Shown here: positions 11,820 through 21,797 of the stretch, piece after piece
How the letters are laid out: every line of letters begins with the position of its first letter
Position numbering within the stretch: the first letter of the stretch is position 1
Source: Thecamonas trahens ATCC 50062
Taxonomy: Eukaryota > Protista > Apusomonadida
Length of the DNA: 64,000 nt
Assembly: GCF_000142905.1 (NCBI RefSeq)
Contig: NW_013657677.1
Coordinates: 248,001 to 312,000 of the forward strand
Direction: 5' to 3'
Made by a program: the position numbers and the translations under genes
The notes under the pieces: generated by a model
What the model saw: only the letters and a program-made list of their open reading frames with translations
Database searches by the model: none
Told to the model about the DNA's origin: nothing

Positions 11820-12780
11820 CTGGAGGTGGGAGGCGCGCCCGCACGTGATGGCGGCCGACACGTAGACACCCGCCTGAAGGATGCCCGAGTTGCTGTCGCG
11901 GTGACGACCCCGACGACCGGGAAGGAGAGCATCACAGAGTTGAACACAGCGGCCAGACGGGAGAGCGGGAGAACGTTGTGGATCTTCTTGCGACGGACGA
12001 GCTTGCCGGTCGGCGTGGCTGAAGCCGACATGAGGAGCGAGGAGGTGAGGCGGAGGCGCGTGAGGCCTTTTCGAGGACGAGCATGTCGCGCGACGCGAAC
12101 GCGCCGGCGAGCGCCGAGTTCATTTCGTGGACGCTCGAGCAGACGCCCGCGGCGGAACTCGGCAAAGGCGTCGGGGTGCGTGCCGTCAGCGGCAAAGACC
12201 GAGTCGGCGAGCGAGGAGACGTCGTCCAGCGTCGGCGCCGCGCACGGAAGCATACCATCACGTAGTGCATGAACAAGAAGAACAAGTCAGGCTCGCCGCC
12301 AGCGCGCTTTGATGACCGCCGCGCGCCGCTGGTGTCTGCGCGCGCCCGTTTCACGCTCGTGGCCAGTCCGCCCGTCGTCGCCGTCGTCTTCTCGCGCGCA
12401 GAGTGGTGGAACGAGCGCGCGCCTTCCACTCGCCCGCGATGAGCGCGACGTGCGACGACGCCACGCCGTCTACGACCACCTACGCACGTCGATACACAGA
12501 GACGTCGCCAAGCATACCATCACGTAGTGCATGAACAAGAAGAACAAGTCAGGCTCGCCGCCAGCGCGCTTTGATGACCGCCGCGCGCCGCTGGTGTCTG
12601 CGCGCGCCCGTTTCACGCTCGTGGCCAGTCCGCCCGTCGTCGCCGTCGTCTTCTCGCGCGCAGAGTGGTGGAACGAGCGCGCGCCTTCCACTCGCCCGCG
12701 ATGAGCGCGACGTGCGACGACGCCACGCCGTCTACGACCACCTACGCACGTCGATACACAGAGACGTCGCCCTGCGGCAT
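11820..12780 (-). pseudogene. Degraded coding-like segment of unknown family
   Basis: ATG at 12780 gives MPQGDVSVYRRA*VVVDGVASSHVALIAGEW. Host-like codon usage continues across several frames (DLFFLFMHYVMV; LDDVSSLADSVFAADG; KLVRRKKIHNVLPLSRLAAVFNSV) with stops, frame breaks and an internal duplication. Confidence 0.4.
12248..12771. repeat. Tandem direct duplication, 2 x 262 bp, apparently identical
   Basis: AAGCATACCATCACGTAGTGC...GAGACGTCGCC at 12248-12509 and 12510-12771. The ORF track gives identical peptides at 11932..12429 and 12470..12691. Confidence 0.95.
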
Positions 12781-13080
12781 GTCCGAGTGTATGTTTGTGG
12801 GTGTATGTGTGTGGGTGTGTGTGGGGGGTCGAGTGTGCGCGAGTCCGCGAGTCAGAGACCAGCGACTCAACATTGGCCTCGCACGTCTAGAGCTCCGGGT
12901 TCTCCTGCCTGATCTCCAACTACGGCGTCTACTCATACATCTACATAAACAATTCCTGGGACCGCGTGGCAAGCCGCGGCGACCGGTGTTGGGCCGGTGG
13001 CTGTCGGAGGTCGGGAAGGGACGACGCACCACACTCGTCTCGAACCTGGCCTCCAACGTCCCAGTCCAACACCAAAGGCC

Positions 13081-14659
13081 ATGCAGGCCGTAGAGGTCAA
13101 GCCGGCACTAAGCTATGTGTGCAGACTGCTGCATGCACAGGGCGTGAGTCATGCCCTCGTTCCCGAAGTCCTCCGCGCCGCAAAGCACAACTCGAACCGC
13201 TCGTTCTCGGCGGCGGCCGATACGGTGACTTCGCGGCTGTGGCACGCACTGGCCGATGTCCTGGTCGTTGCTGCTGCCGGTCCGCTGGCAGAGGTCTCTG
13301 ATGAGACTACTAGGATTGCTGCTTCCCATCTCAAGGCCGCCCGTAGAGCGTCTATCGCCCATGGCGCCAGCGAACACGCCCTCCCGCTGCGTGACGCCCT
13401 CCCCCGGCCGTCGCCGCCTCGCTCTCCGCTCACTACGATCATGTTTTGAGTGAGGTCGACAAGGCCGAGCTGAGACATCCGCTTAGCATGCAGCCGCGAT
13501 CGCTGCTCCTAATTTTGGGTCGGGTCCTTGCCGCCGGTCAGCTGCTCTCGAGCCTGCTCGCGGCATCGGTTCCGGTCCCTCCCAGTGTTGCCCACCCGGC
13601 GGTCCTGGGTCTTGATGGAGTTGTGCATGATGAACCGCCGCCTGCGGCACAAGGGCAGCTAGAACTCGGCAGTGTGCCGAGCGCGAGTGGCGGAAGCTCG
13701 GATAGCGTGCTGAGCGCCAACGGGCTGATGGCTCAGCTGGGGCGGGTCCGCGTCGCCGTGGGTGCGGTGGCCACGCTGCGTGCGCAGGCAAGTGCCTCGG
13801 CAGCATGGCTGCGCAACGAGGGTGTTGCTCCGTCGCTAATGACGGGCTGGCTGGCGGCACGACCGGACGCCTGCGCCGCAATCACCACCATGCTCGATGA
13901 TGCCCATAGGTGGCTGCTGGCCCGCGCCGAGGGCGCAGCCAAGCTCGAGGTCTTCTGGCGATGGATGGTGTCAGTAGCTGCTGTGCGCACGACGCAAGGC
14001 GGAGCGCCCAGCGGGCCAACGGTTGACAATCTTGACCAAAAACTGCCCTTGGATGCTGTGGCAGCAGCGAGAGTCGACGATCTCGTTGCGCGCGCACCGA
14101 AGGCTCTAGCGCGATCAACCTTTGCGTCGCTCCGCAAGGCCATGGGCGAACTTCTGCCGCTGTTTGAGGCTATCCAGGGGGCGTGGGAGGAGTCGCCGAG
14201 CAGTAGCACCGGGGAGAGCGACTACGGGACAGAGCCCACATTTGTTGCCCCGCCCCTTGCCTTGCTGAACGCAGCGTCGCTGTTACGGCGTACCTTCGGC
14301 ATCGCCACTCGGGCGCCGGGCGTGGCAGCGGTGCCTCCATCTCAGGGCCCAACAACAGCGCTGTGCCAGAAGCGCGCCATACAGCAGCGCAGCGTCAACT
14401 TGCGACGACTGCTGTAGAAGCTGCGCTGCTGGCACCGCTGGCCGAGGCACACGCAGCGAGTGGTGGGAGCTTGTACACGTTACGCCAGCGTGGTGCAGGC
14501 GCCCGTGGCGGCACCTTGGTCTCTGACGAGCTTGTGCGGCTGCGCAAGCTCATCACCGACGCGGACGCCCAGCTAGCAGACGCACAGGCCCATGCAAGCG
14601 CGGCGCTGAATGTCCAGCTTGATCGTGCAAAGAGTCAGTTTAAGCTCCTTCGCCGCTAG
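13081..14659 (+). CDS. TEDC1: Tubulin epsilon and delta complex protein 1-like; two -1 frame breaks (13401-13405 and 14345-14350)
   Basis: Three consecutive ORFs join. Motifs PEVLRAAKHN...LWHALADVL, RSLLLILGRVLA and FWRWMVSV resemble TEDC1/C14orf80 blocks (PEIFRRAKF..LWQLL, RELLLALSWLLA, FWRWM). C-terminal coiled coil. Confidence 0.7.
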
Positions 14660-16794
14660 GCCCGGGCCGTCCAGACAAAGGCGCCGCCGCGAGCGTACTC
14701 GTATTGGCCGAGGGCCACGTAGTTGCCGGCACCGTCCGAGGCGAGCTGGGTGAACTGGAGAACATTGCGCGATACGGCCGGCGGAGGAACGTCCTTGAAC
14801 GACGTGCCATCTGTAGAGTAGAGCATCTTCTCGCCGGCAGAGACGACATAGCCATCGCTGCCTCCGGCAAGGGCCGAGATGTGGGCAATGATTTCCTCGC
14901 CGTCGATGGTGCCGTTGAACGTGGCAACGCGAGTCCACTTTTCCCCGCCGCCCCACACAAAGACCTCCGACTCGTGCGAGCACTGCAGGAAGATCTTGTC
15001 CCCGGCAGCGTAAACAGTGCCGTAGAAGGAGCAGCCCTGGAGCGGGCGGAGGACGTCGTGCCAATGTTCGCCGTCGGTCGACCGCACAAGCTTGGGATGC
15101 GTCTCGCCCTGAGCAAAGGCCCAGAACGCGCCGTCGCCAAATAAGAGCTGGGTGAAGGCAGGAAGCGGGTCGATGACCGAGCCGCGAGCCTCGTACGTCT
15201 TCTTGAACTCACCGGTCAGCGAGGAGGCCATCCACAGGTGGGCATGGTAGCCGAGCGCGTCGGCATAGACCCAAACACCGTTGCCGTAAGCAAACCCGGC
15301 AACGCCGTACGTCGGCGTCACTGACGTCCAGCTGGTACCGGCCACCGGATCGGCAGCGCAGTTGAGCGAGCCAGAGGTGTAGCCGCAGATAGAGCCATCA
15401 TCGGTGACAAACATGTTGCTGAGGTTGATCGGCGGCAGCGGCGACGGCTTCCAGCTTGTGCCGTTGTCGGTCGAGACAAGGAGCGACGACTCACCGAGCG
15501 CTAGGAACACTTTTCCGTGGTGGTAGTAGGTGAGCGCGGTCCACTCGTTGGGCACAGGCCCGTTGGCATGGACCTCAAACTGGGCAAGCGTGGAAGCCGA
15601 GTCGACGGTGGCAGTCGCCACAAAGCCATAGTCGCCAAGCGCGACCATGAGCTGAGTGGTTGAGCCTGGCGAGGTGATAACACTCAGATGACGCTGTGCA
15701 GGCATGGACTTGGTCGCAACAGGCGTGGCAAAGCCAGCATCCAATACAACCCGCGTCACATTGCTCGGCGTCGCCTCGGCCCACCACCGCACAATGCCGC
15801 TGCCGGCCGATGAGACCGCGACCCGCAGCAGTGACGGCGTGTCGGCAACGCCGTCGAGCACAATCTCGGTCGGAAGCAAAGACCAGCTCATCGTGTGCAG
15901 ACCGGTGTCAGCGGTCTTTGGCTCGCCGCGCAGCGCGCGCAGCTTGGCCACACCGCCGACGACGTCAACAACGACAACAAGGATTGCGCCGCCGTCAAGA
16001 GAGGCTACCGAGTGGACGCGAGCGATCGACAGCTTGCTTGTCCGCGCCAGCGGCAGAGTGACGTTGACAAACTGCGCAGACGACGCCACATCCAGCGGCG
16101 CGAGAGTGATCTCGTAGGCGTCGGCCGCGCCGAGCTCGTAGCCATAAATGGCCCAGCCATCAGCAAGGCCGACGGCGCGAGGCACAGCCGCCGAGGGTGC
16201 CCACGGCGAGTCGATCTTCTTCCAGCTCTGGCACCCACCGGGAGAGAGGTAGAACGCGTTGGTCGTCGGAGGAGGGGCGTTTGGCGGGTATGTCGGGTCG
16301 GTCGGCGTCATGAGCACGACATCCGACGACGGCGACGCGGCCAGCGCGCCGGGCCACGAGTCGGGCACGCTCGCGGTCGGCTTGGCCAACCCGGCCGAGC
16401 TCGGCCCGTCAAAGACAAAGAAGCTTGTGCCCTCCATCGGGAAGCGGGAGACGGCAGCGCAAAACGAGGCCGCGCTCTCGAGGACCACCAGCGACGACGA
16501 CAGGACGTTGGTGGAGAGCGAGTACTCGAGAGAAGCGAGCGTGGAGACCGCCGACGGTGGAGCTTGTGCCACCGATGCACCGGCAGGCAGCCAAAGAAGG
16601 GTGGGGTACACGGCATCCGTTTCGTCCGTCCCTGCACGGAGCACACAGCGAGAAGAGGAGCAGGCAACGGCGATGAGGTCCAGGGCGGTGTAGGCAGGCG
16701 ACGACTGCTTCCAGGCAGTGGGGAACGTTGCTGCAGATGCAACTGTGAGTGCCACCATGGTCATAGCCACTGCTACTGCCACAGCATAGTACAT
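14656..16794 (-). CDS. Secreted BNR/Asp-box beta-propeller protein
   Basis: Signal peptide MYYAVAVAVAMTMVALTVASA. Asp-box repeats STDNGTSW, STDGEHW, STDGTSF. AYGNGVWV and LFGDGAFWA blade motifs. Confidence 0.75.
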   Translation of the reverse strand: MYYAVAVAVAMTMVALTVASAATFPTAWKQSSPAYTALDLIAVACSSSRCVLRAGTDETDAVYPTLLWLPAGASVAQAPPSAVSTLASLEYSLSTNVLSSSLVVLESAASFCAAVSRFPMEGTSFFVFDGPSSAGLAKPTASVPDSWPGALAASPSSDVVLMTPTDPTYPPNAPPPTTNAFYLSPGGCQSWKKIDSPWAPSAAVPRAVGLADGWAIYGYELGAADAYEITLAPLDVASSAQFVNVTLPLARTSKLSIARVHSVASLDGGAILVVVVDVVGGVAKLRALRGEPKTADTGLHTMSWSLLPTEIVLDGVADTPSLLRVAVSSAGSGIVRWWAEATPSNVTRVVLDAGFATPVATKSMPAQRHLSVITSPGSTTQLMVALGDYGFVATATVDSASTLAQFEVHANGPVPNEWTALTYYHHGKVFLALGESSLLVSTDNGTSWKPSPLPPINLSNMFVTDDGSICGYTSGSLNCAADPVAGTSWTSVTPTYGVAGFAYGNGVWVYADALGYHAHLWMASSLTGEFKKTYEARGSVIDPLPAFTQLLFGDGAFWAFAQGETHPKLVRSTDGEHWHDVLRPLQGCSFYGTVYAAGDKIFLQCSHESEVFVWGGGEKWTRVATFNGTIDGEEIIAHISALAGGSDGYVVSAGEKMLYSTDGTSFKDVPPPAVSRNVLQFTQLASDGAGNYVALGQYEYARGGAFVWTARA

Positions 16795-17026
16795 GGCGCG
16801 GTACAGGGTGTGTGGTAGGTGGGGAGTGGGGTGGAGGGCTACGAGGGTGATCAGGTTGCCAGCCAAGCTGGTGATCAGCCACGTCGGGGGAAAAGGTCGT
16901 GAACTTCGCTCTGTGACCGCACACCCACCGACCTACAGCAGCAGACACCCGCGCCAAAGCAATTGCACTCGACTTGACGAGGCCACCGCGGTTGCTTGGG
17001 CAAGCGCTTCCCGCTGAGTTGGTCAA

Positions 17027-18916
17027 ATGGCAAGGGTGGGTGACATAGCCATGCCGCAGCCACAACGGGCGGATGGGTCAGCTCGAGGCGGCGCCACCGC
17101 GGCGGGCGCGGTGGGAAGCTCAGAGCGGCACGGCGGGCGCGGGTCAGAAGATGTCCAGTCGGAGCAACATGCGCTCGTTGAGCGCTCGCAGAGGCTGCAG
17201 GCTGCTGCTGCTGCTTTGTCGACGAGAAGGCCACCGCCAAGAAGAACAGCAACGGCAAGGTCGCTCAAGCCGGGCTTCTCGACCATGACCCTCAAACGGC
17301 ACGACAACAACATCGACCAGATCCGGGCGATCATTGCGTCGCTCGAGGATGCAGTAGCAGAAGGTGGCTCGCCACGAGCGTCGCCGGTCCCGTCAGCCGG
17401 TGTGGGTGAGAAGCGGGTGGCCACGGCCGAGCCGCACCGGCCGCGACCGCGAGCCAACCCATACGCCACCATCCGGGCCGCGCCCGCAGCTCAGACTGAA
17501 GTGTCACGGCCAGTCGTGGGCGGTGAGCCGCCAGTCATCTCGACGCAGCTCTCGATGCTCTCGAAGCGATTCGAGTCGCTCACCAGGCTAGTGGGAACGT
17601 CGAACCAGATCCGCAACTTGCAGCGGACGCTGTCGCGGCTTCGCAACGCAGGCCCTGACGAGATCGCCACCGCAGCGGCAAGCTTTGACGGCGGAAGCGA
17701 TGGTGAAGAAGCCGGGCGTGCTGACCTCGCTGCGCTTCAAGCTTCAATTTCCGAGCTGGAGGAGACCAAGACAAGACTCGCTGCCGAGCTGAGCGAGGAA
17801 GAGAGCAAGCTAGTGGCGGTCAAAGATCTGCAGGTGCTGTCAACGAGTGGCCATGCCGCGCCAGGCGTCGACATGGCGCAACTCGTCGAGGTATTTGCCA
17901 CTTTTGAAAACTTGCAGGAGGTGATGGCTGAGCGCGAAGCCGCCGAGGCCGAGGCTCGCAACGAAATGGACGAGCTCCGCGCCAAGATTGCCCGCCTGGA
18001 GGACAAGTACATGGAGGAGTCGTCGGCCATCCGCGCCCGGCACAGGGCCCAGATCAGTGATCTCCGGCAGAAGAACGACGGATTGACCGAGGCGCTCTCG
18101 GCCAAGACGAGCGAGCTTGACGCGATGTCAACCCAGCTGGCACAGGCGAAGGAGGTTATTAGCTCGCTGACCGAGACTCGCCGCATGTTGGAGCGCGACT
18201 GCCGAGCCTACCAAAACAAGGTATCTGTCCTCTCGCAGTACTACCAGGCCCAACTCAATGGCGCCGCGCTCGACGGCCTCGACGACGTCAGCTCCAAGCT
18301 CGAGGCTGCTGAGGCCGGCGTAGCTCTCGAGCACGAGAAGGAGACGCTTCAGCTCAACCTGAAGATTTTCCGGCTCTCCGAGGAGAACGCCAAGCTCAAG
18401 GCTATCCAAACTCGGCACGAGACGAAGCTGGGTGTCTACGTTGGTCTCAACCAGGCGCTTGACAACACCATTCTCTCGTACGAGCATGAGATCGACGTGC
18501 TGCAGGACGCCAAGTCGCAGCTCGAGCACACCGTCGCCTCACTCCGAGACAAAATCGCCGCCCTCAAGCGAACAAGCGGACCGCGGGCGGAGGTGGCCAA
18601 ACTGTCGTCAGCGGGCGGCGGTAGCGCTTCGCTTGCACCCGTCAGCGAGGTCGACGTTTCCGAGCTGGCAGGCAAGGCGCGCTCTCTCCGGCGCGCCGCC
18701 GCCAAGGCCGAGCTGGCCGTCACGACAGCTGAAAACAAGCTCGCGGCGCTTCTTGCTATGCAGACCTCGATAGCCGAGGCGGTGGCTGAGTCGGCGAATG
18801 CCCCCATCGACGTCGTCACCCACGCCACAGCTGTCCTCGATGCCCGCGAGGCAGAGCACGCCCAGACTGTGGCGCAGCTCGAGGCACGCATCCTTAAGCT
18901 TGAACAGCGGAGCTGA
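17027..18916 (+). CDS. Long coiled-coil protein of unknown function
   Basis: 629-aa ORF with host codon bias and extended E/K/L/A heptad stretches. Confidence 0.75.
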   Translation: MARVGDIAMPQPQRADGSARGGATAAGAVGSSERHGGRGSEDVQSEQHALVERSQRLQAAAAALSTRRPPPRRTATARSLKPGFSTMTLKRHDNNIDQIRAIIASLEDAVAEGGSPRASPVPSAGVGEKRVATAEPHRPRPRANPYATIRAAPAAQTEVSRPVVGGEPPVISTQLSMLSKRFESLTRLVGTSNQIRNLQRTLSRLRNAGPDEIATAAASFDGGSDGEEAGRADLAALQASISELEETKTRLAAELSEEESKLVAVKDLQVLSTSGHAAPGVDMAQLVEVFATFENLQEVMAEREAAEAEARNEMDELRAKIARLEDKYMEESSAIRARHRAQISDLRQKNDGLTEALSAKTSELDAMSTQLAQAKEVISSLTETRRMLERDCRAYQNKVSVLSQYYQAQLNGAALDGLDDVSSKLEAAEAGVALEHEKETLQLNLKIFRLSEENAKLKAIQTRHETKLGVYVGLNQALDNTILSYEHEIDVLQDAKSQLEHTVASLRDKIAALKRTSGPRAEVAKLSSAGGGSASLAPVSEVDVSELAGKARSLRRAAAKAELAVTTAENKLAALLAMQTSIAEAVAESANAPIDVVTHATAVLDAREAEHAQTVAQLEARILKLEQRS

Positions 18917-18958
18917 CTCTCCATCCCCCCCTCCTTCCAGCTGCGGCCACATTCAGTC

Positions 18959-20417
18959 ATGGCCAATTTCATTGGCAAGGTAAAGAGGCAGCTGCAGCTG
19001 GGTAGGAGGAAGCAGCAGTGCCGGGGCAAGAGGCCACTCGTCGCCACGCACGTACACTCGCTGTCGCAGGGCATGGACGACCTGGCCGAGGTGCAACGGC
19101 AAAGATCGATCTTTGAGCGCTATGTTGAGATTCAAGTCGAAGACGAAGGCGGGTTTTCTAAAGAGTATTCGGTATGCTAGCAGAGTGACGGGGTGGGGGT
19201 GGGGGGGGGGAGGAGGGGAAGAGGGGGAGGGCGGGCGCCAATGTGGTGCGGCTGGCAGTGTGGGCGCAGGGCTGGGGACTTGGATTGCTTACAGAGGTGA
19301 GGAGCGTGCCGGGGCTGTTACGGCTGTCATGTACGTATTGTACGGGCTGCGGGGGTGGCAATGTATGGGGCTGTGGGCTACTGTGGTCTGTGTGTGGACG
19401 GTGATGTGTGGGCGATGATTTGCGGGTGTGGTGACTGTTGCTGGCGCGGAGCAGAGGATGTGCCGGAAGGATGTGGATGTGCCGCCGCGAGTGGTGACAG
19501 CCAAGGCGACGATGCCGTTCAACCGCTATGATGATGTCCTGCCTGTGGCGTCGACGATTGTGAGAATCTATGACGCGCCACCGGAGGCCAGCGGCGACCT
19601 GTCCGAGGTCGGCAAGCTGCTGTACATCAATGCGAACAGCATCACGCTGGATGGGACGCGGTACATTGCGGCACAGGGCCCGCTGGCGCGGACGGTGCCC
19701 CACTTTTGGCGGATGGTGTGGCAGCACCAAGTCGAGGCTGTGGTCATGCTCGGCATGTGCAAAGAGGGCTCGGTCGACAAGGTCCACAAGTACTGGCCTG
19801 CGCTCGGCTTTACGCTCGATCTGCCTGCGGCCGGGCTAGCGGTCGACTGCGTGGGCGAAGAGTTTCACCGATCGGAAAACTGGGTGGTGCGGACGTTTGA
19901 GGTGTACGCGCCTGGCTCGCGTGCGCTCCCGCGGGTGGTCAAGCACTTTCAGCTCACGGCGTGGCGCGACCACGGAACGCCCAAGCACAAGAAGCTCGCC
20001 GCATTTATGCGAGCGGTCAACAGTCACTGTCCGCGGCCGCTCGACGCGTCGCCGGGCCATCCGCCCATTCTCGTCCACTGCTCGGCCGGGGTGGGCCGGA
20101 CCGGGGTCTTTCTGGTGGCGCGGACGCTGCTGCGGCGGCTTCAGGTGGCGACCGCCGTCGGCGGTGGCATCTCCGCTGTGCCGGACAGCGATGCCGAGCA
20201 CCGGGCCGAGCTCGCAGTCCGGGCTGGTGTCTTTGAACTCCCTCCGCTGTTTGACGTCCGCACGCTGATGTGGAGTCTGCGGAAGCAGCGGACCAAGATG
20301 GTGCAAACGCCCGAGCAGTACGGCTTTCTGCACGAGTTCCTGCTTCGGGCCTCGATTCCGTACATCGGGTTTGACTTTTCGACCTTTGCCGAGCCTGATG
20401 CCGGCGAGTCGGGCTAG
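18959..20417 (+). CDS. Classical protein-tyrosine phosphatase; exons 18959-19171 and 19455-20417
   Basis: FNRYDDVLP, YINANSI, YIAAQGPL, FWRMVW, KYWP, WRDHGTP (WPD loop), VHCSAGVGRTG, MVQTPEQY. Phase-0 intron GTATGC(19172)...GCAG(19454). Confidence 0.9.
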
Positions 20418-21349
20418 GACGGCGACCAGCGCTGAGGCTCCGGGAACGGGGCATCGGCGGCAAAGAGCGCATCCAGGCTCGCGGTCAGCCGCAGCTCGCT
20501 GCCCGGCGGCGTGGCGGTGAGGACTCGCTGCATGTCGGCGATGGCGCGAGCGGCCGGCTCCACCCACTCGGTGCTCGCGGCACCGAGCTTGGCATGCCAG
20601 CCAACAAGCAGACCCGAGAAGAGGTCGCCGGTTCCGACAAAGTTGGCGTCGATGCGTGGGACGTGGATGAGCGTCCGTATCCCGGTGGCGGCGTCCGAAA
20701 CCAGCGCCGAGACCCGCGCAGGATCAAAGACTGAGCCGGGCGCGCCGTCTGCCGCCGGATCGACCGAAGTCAGAACAATAGTGCGAACACCAAGGCCGTG
20801 GACGGTGTCGAGGGCGGCGACCAGGTCGGCCGCATTGGTAAAGGCACCATCGTCGAGCGAGCGGCCGGCGAGAAGCAGAAGCTCGGTGGTGTTGGGCGTA
20901 ATGACCGATGCGCGCGGGACGACGGTGCGGATCAACAGATCGACCATTTCAGACGGAAGATACAGCCGCATGCCATCACCGAGCACGGGATCGACGACGA
21001 CGATGGCGTCCGGCGCGGCGGCTGACGCGTCGTCGAGCAAGTCCATGAGCGCGCTGGCAAAGTCAACCTTTCCCAGAAAGCCCGTGATGACGTATCGGAG
21101 GCGCGCAAAGAGTCGGTTGTCGGCGAGGCCCTTGCGCACACCTGCTACCATCTCCGGAGTGAAAAACTGGCCGCCAGCACCGCCTGGGTAGCCCAGATGG
21201 TTCGAGAGCTGGCAGGTGGCCAGCGGCATGGCGTCGACACCGGCCGTCTCCAGCGGCGGCACAGACGCCCTCAGGCCGACTCTTCCCACCACCACCGATG
21301 ATGAGACTACGAGTGCCCGAACAACCTCTTCGCCTGTATATTCTGCCAT
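20414..21349 (-). CDS. PDXK: Pyridoxal kinase (ribokinase family)
   Basis: SSVVVGRVG, LSNHLGY, VITGFLG, VDPVLGD..LY, ITPNTTEL, FVGTGDLFSGL. Confidence 0.9.
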   Translation of the reverse strand: MAEYTGEEVVRALVVSSSVVVGRVGLRASVPPLETAGVDAMPLATCQLSNHLGYPGGAGGQFFTPEMVAGVRKGLADNRLFARLRYVITGFLGKVDFASALMDLLDDASAAAPDAIVVVDPVLGDGMRLYLPSEMVDLLIRTVVPRASVITPNTTELLLLAGRSLDDGAFTNAADLVAALDTVHGLGVRTIVLTSVDPAADGAPGSVFDPARVSALVSDAATGIRTLIHVPRIDANFVGTGDLFSGLLVGWHAKLGAASTEWVEPAARAIADMQRVLTATPPGSELRLTASLDALFAADAPFPEPQRWSPS

Positions 21350-21441
21350 TAGATACAACACACACGCACACACCGGTCAGAGAGGTATGGTTGTCCACGA
21401 GGGCAAGACACGTGACCGTCCGACTACCTCCCCCCCCCCCC

Positions 21442-21541
21442 NNNNNNNNNNNNNNNNNNNNNNNNNNNNNNNNNNNNNNNNNNNNNNNNNNNNNNNNNNN
21501 NNNNNNNNNNNNNNNNNNNNNNNNNNNNNNNNNNNNNNNNN
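21442..21541. other. Assembly gap (100 N) with near-duplicated flanks
   Basis: Run of N. The left flank GTGACCGTCCGACTACCTC(C)n recurs on the right as GTGACCGTCCCGACCTATCCCCTC(C)n. Confidence 0.95.
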
Positions 21542-21597
21542 GTGACCGTCCCGACCTATCCCCTCCCCCCCCCCCCCCCCCCCCCCCCTCCACCCTC

Positions 21598-21682
21598 TAT
21601 CGCCGCCATCACCCCCATCACCACTATCACCACCCCCATCACCCCCATCACCCCCATCGCCACCAACACCATCACCCCCCAC
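21598..21682 (+). repeat. Degenerate CAC/CAT/CCC trinucleotide tract upstream of PWP2
   Basis: Repeated CACCCCCAT/CACCAT units within a C-rich tract. Confidence 0.6.
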
Positions 21683-21797
21683 CAGCAGACCATCTGATCC
21701 AACCCCCCTTCCCCCCCCCCCCCCCGGATCACCACCCCGCCTCGTCCCCCCCTGGTCTGTGCAAAGTGCCAACTTTGTCCACCCGTCTCTCCCGCCC

